NCBI RefSeq assembly: GCF_003334765.1
Contig: NZ_QOWT01000022.1
DNA length: 64,000 bases
From: Escherichia coli
GTDB taxonomy: Bacteria; Pseudomonadota; Gammaproteobacteria; Enterobacterales; Enterobacteriaceae
Strand: one strand, 5' to 3'
The notes under the pieces are model-generated. The model was not told the DNA's origin, did no database searches, and saw nothing but the letters and a program-made list of their open reading frames with translations. Positions 26,494 through 39,982 of this stretch are shown one piece after another; position 1 is the stretch's first letter, and each line of letters starts with the position of its first letter. Position numbers and translations under genes: made by a program.

Positions 26494-27605
26494 TTGCGTG
26501 GGCTAACTTTAAGTAATTCCCCACTGGACTCGTCGGTGAGAACGTATAAATAACCGTCGGGTCCAGTGCGAACATCACGAATTCGCTGCCCTCTGTCCGT
26601 TAAAATACGGCCATCTTCTGTCACTTTGTCGCCGTTGACGCTCATCACAATGACATCTTTATCTTTCAGCGCGCCAATAAATAATTTTTGCTGCCACTGG
26701 GGGAATTTATCGCTGTTATAGAAGGCCATGCCGCTCACAGCGGGCGAATCTTTCCAGTAAAAAACAGGTTGCTCGGTCCCGGCGACGATCTCCCCTTTCG
26801 CTTCCGGTATCTTAAAGCCTGAATAGTTGATTCCCCAGGTTGCCAGCGGCCAGCCGTAGTTTTTGCCTTTTTGCGGGATATTAATTTCATCACCACCGCG
26901 CGGGCCATGTTCATTCAGCCACAGTGCATTACTCCACGGATTCATCGCCATTCCTTGCGGATTACGAATGCCATAAGACCAGATCTCGGCGCGCGCACCG
27001 GATTCCTTTATAAAAGGATTATCATCCGGGATTTCGCCCTGGTCGGTCAGACGCACCAGTTTGCCCTGTAATTTATCCAGATCCTGCGCCGTCGGGCGCT
27101 GATTGTTTTCGCCCAGAGCAATAAAAAGATAACCTTTACCGTCGAATACCAGCCGCCCGCCAAAATGGTTGCCGGTAGACAGTTTTGGCATCTGGCGAAA
27201 GACGGTGCGGAAGTCGGTCACTTTTGAGAGATCATCACTTAAGCGGCCATAACCCACAGCAGTTCCGGCTTTGCCATCATCGCCAACTTCGGAATAACTT
27301 AACCAGATGCGGCGAGACTGAGCAAAATCAGGCGCTAAAACCACGTCCAGCAGGCCGCCCTGCCCGTGCGCCCAAACGTCCGGAACTCCGGAAAGCGGCG
27401 CAGATAATCCTTTTCCTGCTTGCCAGTGACGCAACTCGCCGCCGCGCAGAGTGATTAACATACCGTGATTATCGGGTAAAAAGGCCAGTGCCCAGGGATG
27501 GTCGAGTTTGTCTTGCAGTACTTCGACATTTACCGTTGCAGGAGCCGCCCAGAGAGCGGAAGAAAGACAAATAAGGGGCACAAGGAAAAAGGATTGTCGA
27601 TGCAT
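26490..27605 (-). CDS. yliI: Soluble aldose sugar dehydrogenase YliI (PQQ-dependent beta-propeller).
   Basis: 371 aa with a signal peptide, in K-12 synteny. Confidence 0.9.
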
Positions 27606-27715
27606 AACGCCTCCGGATTGACTCTGGCTTAAAGCGTAGTCAGTGGAGGAGATAACAAATTCATTTTTACAAAAACTTAAACATGAAGGGGGAGACGCTT
27701 TCTCCCCCTTAGTTT

Positions 27716-28099
27716 TCAGGCCTTCTCAAGCATGGCGTGCTTCTGCAGGCTCTGGATACTCAGCGTTAAGCTCATCAGACAATTTTCAAGCTTATCGGCG
27801 TTGACGGTAATAACAGTCGGGCAATCATGGTGCCCACTCATCAAACATACTGCGGCTGTCGCTAATGCTTCTTCAGCATGATGAAGAGCACTCCACTCTT
27901 CCTGATCCAGATGAAGATTCAACCGCAGCGATTTATCGTGCAGTTCGCGATTCAGTTTAAAAAAGTTATCTCGTAGATGATTGCTTTCGCTGACGGACAT
28001 GTATCCTTTTGCCTTCCTCAGTTGCACGTATGCGGCGAGGTCAACGCGTGCGTCGATCAACCGGTTCAGCAGATCGATTCGCTGTCTGTCAACGAACAT
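27716..28099 (-). CDS. bssR: Biofilm regulator BssR (YliH).
   Basis: 127 aa from MFVDRQRIDLLNRLIDARVDLAAYVQL. Confidence 0.88.
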   Translation of the reverse strand: MFVDRQRIDLLNRLIDARVDLAAYVQLRKAKGYMSVSESNHLRDNFFKLNRELHDKSLRLNLHLDQEEWSALHHAEEALATAAVCLMSGHHDCPTVITVNADKLENCLMSLTLSIQSLQKHAMLEKA

Positions 28100-28311
28100 A
28101 CTTCGATCCTCCTCTTCCCAGCCTTGTTGCAATTAAATAGTATGGCTATTTTTTGAGCAAAATGCTGTCCAGGATCAATTCTTCACGCCGAATTAACAAA
28201 ATTTACATTTCCTTCGCCTCCGCCAGCGAATGAGATTGCGATACAAATTTTATCCAGAACTCTGTAGAATCCCTGCCCTGACCTTTCCTGTAACTGAATA
28301 TTTTTTAAGCT

Positions 28312-29637
28312 ATGAGCAAAGTAACTCCCCAGCCGAAAATCGGCTTTGTTTCCCTTGGCTGTCCGAAAAACCTTGTTGATTCAGAGCGTATTCTCACCGA
28401 ACTCCGCACTGAAGGTTATGACGTGGTACCGAGCTATGACGATGCGGACATGGTGATCGTCAACACCTGCGGCTTTATTGACAGCGCGGTACAAGAATCA
28501 CTGGAAGCCATTGGTGAAGCGTTGAATGAAAACGGCAAGGTTATTGTGACCGGTTGTCTGGGGGCAAAAGAAGATCAGATCCGCGAAGTCCACCCGAAAG
28601 TGCTGGAAATCACCGGGCCTCATAGCTATGAGCAGGTTCTGGAGCACGTTCATCACTACGTGCCAAAACCGAAACACAACCCATTCCTGAGCCTGGTGCC
28701 AGAACAAGGTGTGAAACTGACGCCGCGTCATTATGCCTATCTGAAAATTTCTGAAGGCTGTAATCACCGCTGCACCTTCTGCATTATTCCGTCTATGCGC
28801 GGCGACCTGGTGAGCCGTCCGATTGGCGAAGTGTTAAGTGAAGCGAAACGTCTGGTAGATGCGGGCGTTAAAGAGATTCTGGTGATCTCGCAGGATACTT
28901 CCGCCTATGGCGTTGATGTTAAACATCGTACTGGCTTCCACAACGGCGAGCCGGTAAAAACCAGCATGGTCAGCCTGTGCGAACAGTTATCGAAACTGGG
29001 GATCTGGACACGTCTGCACTACGTTTACCCTTATCCGCATGTGGACGACGTCATCCCACTGATGGCAGAAGGCAAAATCCTGCCGTATCTGGACATTCCG
29101 TTGCAGCACGCCAGCCCGCGCATTCTCAAACTGATGAAGCGTCCGGGTTCTGTAGATCGCCAACTGGCGCGCATCAAACAGTGGCGCGAAATCTGCCCGG
29201 AACTGACCCTACGCTCAACCTTTATTGTCGGCTTCCCTGGCGAGACAGAAGAAGATTTCCAGATGCTACTCGACTTCCTGAAAGAAGCGCGTCTGGATCG
29301 CGTTGGCTGCTTTAAATACAGCCCGGTTGAAGGTGCAGACGCCAATGCCCTGCCTGACCAGGTTCCGGAAGAAGTTAAAGAAGAACGCTGGAACCGTTTC
29401 ATGCAGCTGCAGCAGCAGATTTCCGCCGAGCGCCTGCAAGAGAAAGTGGGCCGTGAAATTCTGGTGATTATCGACGAAGTGGACGAAGAAGGCGCGATTG
29501 GTCGCAGCATGGCAGATGCACCGGAAATCGACGGCGCGGTTTATCTCAATGGTGAAACCAACGTTAAGCCGGGTGATATCCTGCGTGTGAAAGTCGAGCA
29601 CGCCGATGAGTACGATTTGTGGGGTAGCCGGGTTTAA
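28312..29637 (+). CDS. rimO: Ribosomal protein S12 methylthiotransferase RimO (radical SAM).
   Basis: 441 aa with the CNHRCTFC radical-SAM motif. Confidence 0.92.
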
Positions 29638-29683
29638 TTAATTCAGGCCGGGCAAAATCATTTGTCCGGCCTGCGAATAATGA

Positions 29684-31012
29684 TTACTGCCAGCTAATCT
29701 GTGCCCTGCCGTTTTTCTTACTCTTATACAGCCGCTCATCCGCCAGCATTTTCAAGCGTTCGACGGTAGGACATTCATTTGAATGTGCTACACCGATACT
29801 GGTACTTAAATTAATGCTTCCCACCTGGAAATGAACGATTTCTTTTAGAATCGATAGCAACTCTTCCAGCGTTCCACCCGTATAAATCACCGCAAATTCG
29901 TCACCGCCGAAGCGGTAGACTTTACCTTTATCTACCGGGATCTGTGATTTAAGGATTTTCACCACTTTCATCAACACTTCATCGCCCAGCAAATGACCGA
30001 AGGTGTCGTTAATGTTTTTGAATTTATCGACGTCAAACAGGCACAAATAACCGCCTTTTTCCGGCAGCGCTTTTAAATCTTCGTCAAAGGATTTTCTGCC
30101 CATTGCTTTGGTCAGGTCGTCCAGGAACGCCGAGTTATACATACTGTAGAGTTTTTTGACATCGGCAGCCGAAAAGAAAAGCCCGCCATCCAGTACGCGT
30201 TCAAAATGGTTATTAATGATGGCTTCTTTCTCCACAATACCACGATTAATCACTCTGCGTACCAGATAGAGGCAACTGGCACCCGATATCACTGCCACCA
30301 ATGCGGCAAAGAAAATAATCAATGTACAAACCCGCAAATAAACATCTTTTTTATACGCAAATACATACAATCCGGTCGGCAAATAGGCGAAGTGCTCCAT
30401 CGCTTCCGAAACGGTGAAGATGGCGTTTTTAGCATTATATTCATCACCGGTCACCGGTTTACCGTTCTTAAATAGAGAGAACATCAGGTTCTCGCTGTCC
30501 ATCGCCAGCGATTTTGACAGTAAAGAAAAACGCTCCAGACCAAGCAAAAATATCAGACTACGATTGTGAGTTACCGGATAGAGGTAATAGACGAAGGTTT
30601 TACCGTCAAAAGAGATAAACCCTGTATTTTTGACATGTCGATACTTCACAACCTGCATAATATCTGCACAATAATTTTTCTCGAACTCCTTTACCTGAAT
30701 ACATTCGTCACTGGAAATCAGATAAGGACCGACATCGTACAAATAAGAGGGGGAAACCGAGTCGGCGTAAGCTGTGCGCAAACCAACCAACAGCTGTTCC
30801 TCCGTGGGATTTAGCGTGTTGATAAGATCAATTGCCACGCTACGCCGATATTCAGCAATATTTGCCACCGCAAAAGCAGTATCAATAACGGACTGTTTCA
30901 GGCTATACACCCGTTCCTTTACCATTTGAGTGTAGATCCCGCAGGCAACTGCTGAAATCATGATAAAAATCAGCAGACTGACTGTAAGTACGAACTTATT
31001 GATTCTGGACAT
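29684..31012 (-). CDS. dgcI: Diguanylate cyclase DgcI (YliF).
   Basis: 442 aa with N-terminal TM helices and a periplasmic domain. GGDEF motif RFGGDEF. Confidence 0.9.
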   Translation of the reverse strand: MSRINKFVLTVSLLIFIMISAVACGIYTQMVKERVYSLKQSVIDTAFAVANIAEYRRSVAIDLINTLNPTEEQLLVGLRTAYADSVSPSYLYDVGPYLISSDECIQVKEFEKNYCADIMQVVKYRHVKNTGFISFDGKTFVYYLYPVTHNRSLIFLLGLERFSLLSKSLAMDSENLMFSLFKNGKPVTGDEYNAKNAIFTVSEAMEHFAYLPTGLYVFAYKKDVYLRVCTLIIFFAALVAVISGASCLYLVRRVINRGIVEKEAIINNHFERVLDGGLFFSAADVKKLYSMYNSAFLDDLTKAMGRKSFDEDLKALPEKGGYLCLFDVDKFKNINDTFGHLLGDEVLMKVVKILKSQIPVDKGKVYRFGGDEFAVIYTGGTLEELLSILKEIVHFQVGSINLSTSIGVAHSNECPTVERLKMLADERLYKSKKNGRAQISWQ

Positions 31013-31019
31013 ACGTAAA

Positions 31020-33368
31020 CTACTCTTTTACTAATTTTCCACTTTTATCCCAGGCGGAGAATGGCATGGGTTTCTGGTACAGATACCCCTGAGCCTGAAC
31101 ACATCCTAATTTGATTAATTCGCGCGCAACGTCTTCGCTCTCTACGCCTTCCGCAATCACCGGGATCCGGTTATAGCGTGCCAGGTCGAAAATAATGCGC
31201 ACAATTTTTCCCGCAGTACCGAAAATATCGCCGGTGAATTGCGAGTCCACCTTTATGCTGTCTGGATTAATTTCATAAAAACGTTTCAGGTTTGACAAAC
31301 CGGTGCCAAAGTCATCAATCGATATCCGTACCCCTTGTTTACGCAGTTGTTCAATATTGAGATAAAAATGTTCATTAATTCGCTCGATCACGGTTTCAGT
31401 GATCTCAACACAGAGGCTGTTCGCCTTCAGGCCATTTTCTTTCATGATGGTGGTAAAACGCTCATGAAAGTGTGGTTCGTTTAACTGCCAGGGCGAAACA
31501 TTAATATGCAGTAAGAAATCATCCTTCAGCGACGCACGCTGACTAAAATGTCTGAATTCACCCATTGCCGTTTTAATAATCTGATAACCCAGCTCATTGA
31601 TAAACCCGATATCTTCAGCAATGGTAATGAACTTCAGCGGTGAAATGATCCCCCGCTCCGCAGACACCCAACGGCACAACGCCTCCGCGCCCAGAATGGC
31701 GCGGGTGTTAATATCAACGATCGGTTGATAGACGAGGAATAGTTCGCCAATTTCCATTGCATGGCGAATATTACGCGCAATCCAGATATTCTCTTCTATT
31801 TCGTTGAGTTTCGCGTCATCACAGAAAATAAACTCTGAGAACATATGGTCACGGATACTGGAAATCGCCAGTTTCAGTTTTTCTGCGTAACTCCAGGCGT
31901 TTTCCCCCTGCAAAGGTTCACAAATGGCAGACTTATGGATGCGCAGATTGCGGTAGCCAAAGCTGCTGTCAAAATCGTTTACCATCGCTATTTTACGGGT
32001 AAATGTCTGTACATTTTCCCGACACAGAAGTAAATAGAGATCGGCATTGAATGTCACGATATCGCAGCATTGCGCATATTTCTCGGCAATTCGCTGACAC
32101 AATTTCCTGACGATTTTATTGCGCTCATCAACACCAAACACCGCTTCCACGGCTTCCAGACCACACAGTTTGATGATCCCCACAGCCAGATACTGATTAT
32201 TGTTAGACTCAATAATCGCCATATTTTTAATAAAACCACTTTCCTGATCGTAAGAGATCAGTGAGAGCAATTTATTTGACCGTTCAATTTCGGCATCTTT
32301 CATTTCCGCGATCGAATTTTTGATGCTGATAATCTCTTTCGCATCGCCTTCACGAATTTTCAGAGCCTCGATTTGATCCGTTGAGTCAGGCAAAAACGCC
32401 AGCGTATTAACCAGCTCTGTCATTTCAGAAAATTGCCGACGGAACACACGAGTGGTCATTAAATAAACCACCAGCAATACGATAATAATGAACGCAAACG
32501 GCAGATAAAAAAGTTTATCTGATGCGTTCAATAAATTACCGCCAGGATAATAAAAATAGATTTCGAATAATGCGTTGTTTGGCACCGCTGATGTTTTTTC
32601 GATATATTCAGTATCGACAGAATCAATAATATTATAATTACCTTCGCTATTATAAATAATCAGTTTTTCACGAGCGAGTTGATTCTTGGCAATGATCTCA
32701 TGGCCTTGTTTCAAAAATAGAACTTCATCATTAGCGCTGATTTGATCAAGATACTCGTTCAGATATCGCCAGTTTAAATCGACATGAATTTTATCCACCG
32801 CTAACAAATCGTGATCTTTGCCGTTGATGTGTAGCGTAAAAGAGATACATTTTTTACCCGGACGATCAAAGCAATTGTATGCCGGATTCCAGCTGTTGTT
32901 AGAGTCATCTGAAGCCACCGACCACGGTCGTTTCGATGGGTTAAAATCGGCAAAAATAACCCGCCCTGACTCGTCGACAAGCGGTCCATTTACTTGTTCC
33001 TGATGATAAACAACGATTTTATCATTCGCCCTCCGCGAAAAAAGATAATATTTATTATCATCAAGTACCAGTCCCACCGAGTCTAAAAATGGCATCATTT
33101 CCATTTTAAGAATCACGGCGCGTTGAATCTCCTCTGTATTTTTTAATAAATACAGTGAGTCCTTTAATGTCAGGGCCGAACGTTCAATATCTTTAAAGAA
33201 ATAGCCAACGTTTTTCTGAATAAGTTCAAAGCGGCTATCGGCACGTTTTACCGCGCGCTCCGATACCAGTTGATAGTTAATGATGAAAAAAAGACCAATA
33301 AATGACAGTGCTGCCAATAAAAATAAAATTATCAGCCTTATCTTTATCTTTTCGTATAAACTCAGCAT
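31020..33368 (-). CDS. pdeI: c-di-GMP phosphodiesterase PdeI (YliE), EAL domain.
   Basis: 782 aa from [18 protein letters not shown], with a C-terminal EAL domain (EALCRW..., DDFGTG). The longer ORF-track start was rejected. Confidence 0.9.
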   Translation of the reverse strand: MLSLYEKIKIRLIILFLLAALSFIGLFFIINYQLVSERAVKRADSRFELIQKNVGYFFKDIERSALTLKDSLYLLKNTEEIQRAVILKMEMMPFLDSVGLVLDDNKYYLFSRRANDKIVVYHQEQVNGPLVDESGRVIFADFNPSKRPWSVASDDSNNSWNPAYNCFDRPGKKCISFTLHINGKDHDLLAVDKIHVDLNWRYLNEYLDQISANDEVLFLKQGHEIIAKNQLAREKLIIYNSEGNYNIIDSVDTEYIEKTSAVPNNALFEIYFYYPGGNLLNASDKLFYLPFAFIIIVLLVVYLMTTRVFRRQFSEMTELVNTLAFLPDSTDQIEALKIREGDAKEIISIKNSIAEMKDAEIERSNKLLSLISYDQESGFIKNMAIIESNNNQYLAVGIIKLCGLEAVEAVFGVDERNKIVRKLCQRIAEKYAQCCDIVTFNADLYLLLCRENVQTFTRKIAMVNDFDSSFGYRNLRIHKSAICEPLQGENAWSYAEKLKLAISSIRDHMFSEFIFCDDAKLNEIEENIWIARNIRHAMEIGELFLVYQPIVDINTRAILGAEALCRWVSAERGIISPLKFITIAEDIGFINELGYQIIKTAMGEFRHFSQRASLKDDFLLHINVSPWQLNEPHFHERFTTIMKENGLKANSLCVEITETVIERINEHFYLNIEQLRKQGVRISIDDFGTGLSNLKRFYEINPDSIKVDSQFTGDIFGTAGKIVRIIFDLARYNRIPVIAEGVESEDVARELIKLGCVQAQGYLYQKPMPFSAWDKSGKLVKE

Positions 33369-33545
33369 GTTAATACATTTAACAAAATAACTATCTGAAC
33401 GCTGTGCCGCTGCAAAAATTGTCCCTTGCTGCGGCTTTTTAACCAAATTACCCGATTCTACAAAATCAGCAGAAAGTTACAACACTTGCTTAGGGCAATA
33501 ATTTCCTGTGAGGTGATTACCCTTTCAAGCAATATTCAAACGTAA

Positions 33546-34457
33546 CTATCCTTTAATTTTCGGATCCAGCGCATCGCGTAAACCATCGCCCAACAAATTG
33601 AACGCCAGTACGGTCAGAAAAATAGCCAGGGCCGGAAAAACAGCGACATGCGGCGCGATAACCATATCCGCTCGAGCCTCATTGAGCATTGCTCCCCACT
33701 CTGGTGTCGGCGGCTGCGCACCGAGGCCGAGAAATGAGAGGCTGGCGGCAGAGATAATCGAGGTACCAATGCGCATGGTGAAAAACACCACGATAGAAGA
33801 GACGGTCCCAGGCAGGATATGACGCAACAAAACGGTCATATCGCTGGCACCAATACTGCGTGCTGACTCAATAAAGGTTTGCTGTTTCAACACCAGCGTG
33901 TTGCCGCGCACCAGGCGGGCAAACGCGGGGATGGAAAAAATGGCGACTGCAATAATCACGTTAGCAATGCCGCTTCCCAACACCGCAACAACAGCGATCG
34001 CCAGTAAAATACCCGGGAAGGCAAACAGCACATCGCAAATGCGCATGATCAGCCGATCCCACCAGCCTTCATAATATCCAGTGAGCAAGCCCAGCAACGT
34101 CCCGATCGCCGCACCGATAAACACGGCAAACACGCCCGCCGCCAGCGAGATTTGCGCACCAACCAGGACACGGCTGAAAATGTCACGCCCCAGTGAATCG
34201 ACGCCAAACCAGTGCTGCAAAGAAGGTCCGTTATTCAGATTGTCATAATCAAAATAATTTTCGGCGTCATAGGGAGCGATCCAGCGTGCAAAAATGGCCA
34301 CCACAATCAATAAAATAACGAATAATGCGGCGGTCATCGCCATATGCTGACGGCGAAATCGTCGCCAGAATTCATGCCACGGTGTACGTACCTGGTCAGG
34401 TTTGACCAGTGGCATGGCGTTTAACACCGCCTGACGTCGCCAGTTAAATAGTCGCAT
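33546..34457 (-). CDS. gsiD: Glutathione ABC transporter permease GsiD.
   Basis: 303 aa, in K-12 synteny. Confidence 0.9.
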
Positions 34458-34459
34458 CC

Positions 34460-35380
34460 TTACTTGTACCTGATAGCCGGGTTAATGGCGGCGTAAAGCA
34501 CATCCACCACTAAGTTGATAAGAATAAATTCCAGCGAGAAAAGCAGAATTTCCGCCTGAATCACCGGGTAATCACGCATTTCTACGGAGTCAACGAGTAA
34601 GCGTCCAAGTCCCGGCCAGTTGAAAACTTTCTCCACAACGATGGAACCACCGAGCAAAAAGCCAAACTGTAAGCCCATCATGGTCACTACCGGGATCATC
34701 GCGTTACGTAGCCCGTGTTTGAGGACAACCCAGGTTTCGCTCACCCCTTTCGCCCTCGCGGTACGCATATAATCTTCGCTTAAAACATCGACAAACGACG
34801 CGCGGGTAAAGCGCGCCATCACGGCGGCCACTGCCGCGCCGAGCGTCAGGGAGGGTAAAATGTAGTGCTGCCAACTGTCTGCTCCCACGGTAGGCAGCCA
34901 GCCCAGTTCAACGGAGAATACCTGAATTAAAAGCATCCCCAGAGCAAATGCCGGAAACGAGATCCCCGACACCGCAATGGTCATACTCAATCGATCCGGC
35001 CAACGGTTACGCCAGACGGCGGCGATAATTCCCGCCGCCATACCAAATATAACCGCCCAGACCATACTGGTTATGGTCAGCCACAGCGTTGGCATAAAGC
35101 GGCTGGCAATCTCATCGGCAACCGGACGACGCGACACCATCGACAGGCCAAAATCCCCCTGCACAGCATTGCTGATATAGTGCCAGAACTGGTGATACAG
35201 CGGCTGATCCAACCCCAGCTGCTGACGCACCAGTTCTATAACCTGCGCATCAGCTTCGGGCCCGGCAATCAATCGCGCCGGATCGCCGGGCAGCATATGG
35301 ACAAATAAAAACACCAGCACCGAGACGATAAACAGCGTCGGAATCAACCCCAGTAAGCGTTTGATAACGTAATTAAGCAT
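34460..35380 (-). CDS. gsiC: Glutathione ABC transporter permease GsiC.
   Basis: 306 aa, in K-12 synteny. Confidence 0.9.
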
Positions 35381-35397
35381 TCCACTCCCTGCGTTGC

Positions 35398-36936
35398 TTA
35401 TTGCAAATCCGCGTCTTCAAAGCTGAAGCCGGTGTCTGGCATGATCCAAAAACCGGTCAGGTTTTTACTGTGTGCCGACACCAGTTTTTCTACCACCAGC
35501 GGGATCCACGGCGATTCTTGCCAGATGATATCCTGCGCCGCCTTATATAAGCGGGTCTTTTCCGCCGGATCATTAGTTTTCAGTGCCTGAGCCAGGAAGT
35601 CATCCACCTGTTTATTGCTGTAAAACGCGGTATTAAACAGCGTCGGTGGCCAGTTCTGCGAGGCAAACAGCGGCGATAGTGCCCAGTCCGCTTCGCCGGT
35701 TGAAGCCGACCAGCCAGTGTAGAACATCCGCACGCCGCTCTCTTTTTGCCCTTTACCTTCAACTTCTGCCGCCCGCTGTCCGGCATCCATCGCAGTCACC
35801 TGGGCTTTAATCCCGACCTGCGCTAACTGCTGCTGGGTAAATTGCAGCACTTTCTGCGCGGTGCTGTGGTTATGTGACGACCACAGCGTGGTACTGAAAC
35901 CGTTGGGATATCCCGCCTCTTTCAGTAATTCGCGCGCTTTCACTGGATCGTAAGGCCACGGTTTATAACTTTGCGCGTAGGCGATACTTGGCGGTACCAC
36001 ACCAGTAGCTGGCGTTGCATAGCCCGCAAAGGCAACTTTCACCAGCGCCGGACGGTTAATGGCGTAATTCAGCGCCTCACGGACCTTCGGGTTATCGAAC
36101 GGCTTTTGCGTCACGTTCATACTGATATAACGCTGCATAATTGACGGACTGGCCATCAACTCGATATTTTTGTTTTTCTCCAGCAGTGTGGCCTGCTCGT
36201 AAGGAATGGGGAAAGCAAACTGCGCTTCACCGGTTTGCAGCATTGCCGCGCGGGTGTTGTTATCCGCCACCGGACGCCAGGTTATGCTGTCCAGTTTGGG
36301 CAATCCTGGCTGCCAGTAACCCGCGAATTTTTTCACCTTCACAAAATCGGTCTGATTCCAGGTATCCAGTTCATACGGTCCGGTTCCCACCGGATAAAAA
36401 CCAATCTCCTTGCCATATTTTTCCAGCGCTGCCGGTGAAATCATCGCGGTCGCCGGATGGGCAAGAATATTAATAAACGCTGAGAACGGCTGTTTGAGGG
36501 TAATCTTTACCGTTGTCGGATCGATCGCTTCCGTTTTAGCAATATTCTTATACAGGTTATAGCGTTTAAGATGATTCGCCGGATCGCTGGCCCGGTCCAG
36601 ATTCGCTTTCACCGCCGCGGCGTTGAAATCGGTGCCATCCTGGAATTTAATGCCTTCCCGCAATTTCACGGTGTAAGTAATGCCGTCATCGGAAACGGTA
36701 TAACTCTCCGCCAGCACGTTTTTCAGTTTCATCTCTTTATCCAGACCGAACAGCCCCTGGTAAAACGATTTCGCTACGGCCTGAGATAACGTGTCATTTG
36801 CGTCATACGGATCGAGCGTGGTGAAATTCGATCCTACCGCCACCACCACATCTTTGGCAGCGAATGCACAAGATGCCATCAACGCTGTCGCAATGCCCAG
36901 CGCCACTAACCCACTACGGTGTACAGCTCTTGCCAT
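35398..36936 (-). CDS. gsiB: Glutathione-binding periplasmic protein GsiB.
   Basis: 512 aa from [26 protein letters not shown]. The 601-aa ORF-track extension was rejected. Confidence 0.9.
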
Positions 36937-36955
36937 TTTATTCTCCGCCTGAATG

Positions 36956-38827
36956 TTATCTACGCATGAATGCGTATTCTGATTGTGGTTGTGCGACGTA
37001 ATGCCCCGGCCCGACGCATTGCAACGAGACGGCTGCCACCTCTTCGCCACGCAGATGAATATTGCTGGGAAGATCGTCCGACAGCAGTACACGCTGCGGT
37101 CGTTGTCGGGACGGTTCAGCGACCGGAACTGCCGCCAGTAATTTACGCGTATAAGGATGCTGCGGGTTTTCGAAGACCGCGCGCCGTGGACCAATTTCAA
37201 CAATTTGCCCGAGATACATCACCGCCACACGATGACTAATCCGCTCTACCACCGCCATATCGTGGGAGATAAACAGATACGCAATGCCGAAATCACGCTG
37301 GAGATCGAGCAACAAGTTGATAATCTGCCCGCGAATAGAAACATCCAGCGCCGAAACGGCTTCGTCGGCAATGATCACTTTTGGATTCAATGCCAACGCG
37401 CGAGCAATGCAGATGCGCTGGCGCTGACCGCCGGAAAACTCATGCGGGTAACGCCAGGCATGTTCAGGTAACAGGCCCACGCGCTCCAGCAACCACGCAA
37501 CGCGTGCAGCCGCGTCTTTACCTGGCAATAAACCGTGTACACGCAGCGGTTCGATAATCGAATCACCGATGGTCTGACGTGGGTCCAGCGAAGCGTAAGG
37601 GTCCTGAAAAATAAACTGAATATCCCGGCGTAATGCCTGAAGTTTGCCGGGTGACAAGGTATCGATTCGCTGACCGTTAAAGATAATTTCGCCGCCCTGC
37701 GATTCGACCAGGCGCAGCAACGCCCGCCCGGTAGTGGATTTACCGCTGCCAGACTCGCCCACCAGCGATAGCGTTTCGCCAGGCCAGAGATCAAAACTGA
37801 CTTTCTCAACGGCATGCACTTCCCGCGTTACGCGATTCAACAAACCGCTGCGCAAAGGGAAACGGGTGACAAGATTACGCACTCGTAAAACAGGTTCGCC
37901 ATCCACCACCGTTTTCTGCTCGATGGGGGGGGCCTGTTTCGCTGGATGTTCAAGCGATATCAACGGGAAACGTCGGGGATAATCTAACCCTTTCATCGCA
38001 CCAAGTTGCGGAACAGCAGCTAACAGCGCACGGGTGTAAGGATGTTGCGGTGCATGAAAAATCTGTTCGACGGTACCCGTTTCCACCGCCTCGCCCTGAT
38101 ACATCACCAGTACCCGATCGGCAATCTCTGCCACCACGCCCATATCGTGAGTGATAAAGATAACGCCCATCGACATCTCTTTTTGCAATACTTTGATTAA
38201 TTGCAGGATCTGCGCCTGAATAGTGACATCCAGCGCGGTGGTTGGCTCATCGGCAATCAGCACCGCCGGGCGGCATGACAGCGCCATCGCAATCATCACT
38301 CGCTGGCGCATCCCGCCAGAGAGTTGATGCGGATAACGTGAAAGAATGGTTTGTGCCTCAGGAATGCGTACCTGATCCAGCATCCGCTTCGCCTCGACCA
38401 TCGCTTCTTCACGACTGGCGTTCTGATGCAGACGAATTGATTCGGCAATCTGTTCACCCACAGTAAATACCGGGTTCAGCGATGTCATCGGCTCCTGAAA
38501 TATCATCGCCATATCCGCACCGCGAACATGGCGCATTTGTGCAGCGTTCTGCTCGCTAAGTTCAATCACTTCGCGACTGCGCCGCTGCAACAGCATTTTA
38601 TCGCACTGTACTAAACCGCCCGCCTGTTCCAACAGGCGCATCAATGCCAACGCAGTCACTGACTTACCGGAGCCGGATTCGCCAACAATTGCCAGCGTCT
38701 CACCGCGTTGCAGACTAAAAGAGAGATTGCGGACCGCAGCTATTTTCTGCTGGTCCTGCATAAAGGCAATATTCAGATTTTCAACCGCCAGCACATTACC
38801 GGCATCAAGTTCATCACTGTGTGGCAA
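36956..38827 (-). CDS. gsiA: Glutathione ABC transporter ATP-binding protein GsiA (two ABC domains).
   Basis: 623 aa from a TTG start ([18 protein letters not shown]). It has two Walker A motifs (GESGSGKS), and its start overlaps the 3' end of iaaA. Confidence 0.88.
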   Translation of the reverse strand: MPHSDELDAGNVLAVENLNIAFMQDQQKIAAVRNLSFSLQRGETLAIVGESGSGKSVTALALMRLLEQAGGLVQCDKMLLQRRSREVIELSEQNAAQMRHVRGADMAMIFQEPMTSLNPVFTVGEQIAESIRLHQNASREEAMVEAKRMLDQVRIPEAQTILSRYPHQLSGGMRQRVMIAMALSCRPAVLIADEPTTALDVTIQAQILQLIKVLQKEMSMGVIFITHDMGVVAEIADRVLVMYQGEAVETGTVEQIFHAPQHPYTRALLAAVPQLGAMKGLDYPRRFPLISLEHPAKQAPPIEQKTVVDGEPVLRVRNLVTRFPLRSGLLNRVTREVHAVEKVSFDLWPGETLSLVGESGSGKSTTGRALLRLVESQGGEIIFNGQRIDTLSPGKLQALRRDIQFIFQDPYASLDPRQTIGDSIIEPLRVHGLLPGKDAAARVAWLLERVGLLPEHAWRYPHEFSGGQRQRICIARALALNPKVIIADEAVSALDVSIRGQIINLLLDLQRDFGIAYLFISHDMAVVERISHRVAVMYLGQIVEIGPRRAVFENPQHPYTRKLLAAVPVAEPSRQRPQRVLLSDDLPSNIHLRGEEVAAVSLQCVGPGHYVAQPQSEYAFMRR

Positions 38828-39779
38828 CGGTGTCCCCTTTTTCACGGTAGATACCGGTGGTTGGCGTATCGCCTGCGTAGCCCCAGGCGCGATACATTCC
38901 TTCGGTGTTAAACGGTAGCGCGACATTCCCTTCATGGTCGATAGCGATTAAGCCACCGCTACCGCCAAGCGCAGGGAGTTTTTCCATTACTACCCGCTCG
39001 CAGGCTTCCGCGAGACTTAATCCGCCGTAATCCATTAACGCGGCGATGTCATATGCCGCCAGCGCGCGGATGAAGACTTCGCCCGTGCCGGTACAAGAAA
39101 CCGCCACACTGGCGTTATTGGCGTAGCATCCGGCACCCACTAAGGGACTATCGCCAACTCGTCCGGGTAATTTATTGGTCATTCCGCCTGTGGACGTGGC
39201 TGCCGCCAAATTGCCGTCTAAATCCAACGCCACGGCCCCCACGGTGCCCATTTTCTGTTTTTCATCCAGTGGCGCACCGCTATGGTCGAGGACGGTTGCC
39301 CCTTCCTTGCGCGCTGCCAGTAGTTGTTCATAACGCAAAGGCGTGGAGAAAATCTCCGGCGAGACGCGCTCCATGCCACGAGCAAACGCAAAATTTTCTG
39401 CCCCTTCGCCAATCATCATCACATGCGGGCTTTGCTCCATCACCAGCCGGGCGGCAAGAACCGGATTACGCAGATGACTAACGCCCGCCACCGCACCGGC
39501 TTTCAGGGTGTTACCATCCATCACACAGGCGTCCAGTTCATGGGTTTCATCACGCGTAAAGACAGCGCCAATTCCGGCGTTAAACAGTGGACACTCTTCC
39601 AGCAGACGCACCGCTTCCGTCACCACATCCAGCGCACTTTCGCCCGCTTCCAGCATTTTCTGCCCGGTTTCAACAATGGCAGACAACGCCTCGATGTAGC
39701 GTAATTCCTGTTGCAGACTCATCTGCGCGCGGCTAATTGCACCTGCGCCACCATGAATTGCAATGACTGCTTTGCCCAT
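38814..39779 (-). CDS. iaaA: Isoaspartyl peptidase / L-asparaginase IaaA.
   Basis: 321 aa, [20 protein letters not shown]... Ntn-hydrolase with a GTVGAVALD autoprocessing site. Confidence 0.92.
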   Translation of the reverse strand: MGKAVIAIHGGAGAISRAQMSLQQELRYIEALSAIVETGQKMLEAGESALDVVTEAVRLLEECPLFNAGIGAVFTRDETHELDACVMDGNTLKAGAVAGVSHLRNPVLAARLVMEQSPHVMMIGEGAENFAFARGMERVSPEIFSTPLRYEQLLAARKEGATVLDHSGAPLDEKQKMGTVGAVALDLDGNLAAATSTGGMTNKLPGRVGDSPLVGAGCYANNASVAVSCTGTGEVFIRALAAYDIAALMDYGGLSLAEACERVVMEKLPALGGSGGLIAIDHEGNVALPFNTEGMYRAWGYAGDTPTTGIYREKGDTVATQ

Positions 39780-39982
39780 AGTATTCGTCCATTAAGGGTG
39801 GTTCGCCACTTTTGCTATAAATATCAGAATTTTTATGAATTACTCATTCAATTTTTGAATATAGAAAGATGGATATGGCATGTAAAGGCAGGACCCAGCG
39901 CTACGCCCGAGGTGGCATACAGTCTGTGGCGTTTTTCTGACATAATAGGCAAATTCGATTTTGCCTCCGCAGGAGTGTTTTC

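Noticed and set aside
36937-37203. 601-aa version of gsiB, and similar 5' extensions of gsiA, pdeI, dps, ybiO, fsaA, dacC, bssR, rcdA, rhtA and ompX.
   Set aside because: The ORF-track extensions start upstream of the known K-12 N-termini, overlap neighbouring genes or intergenic DNA, and lack an RBS.
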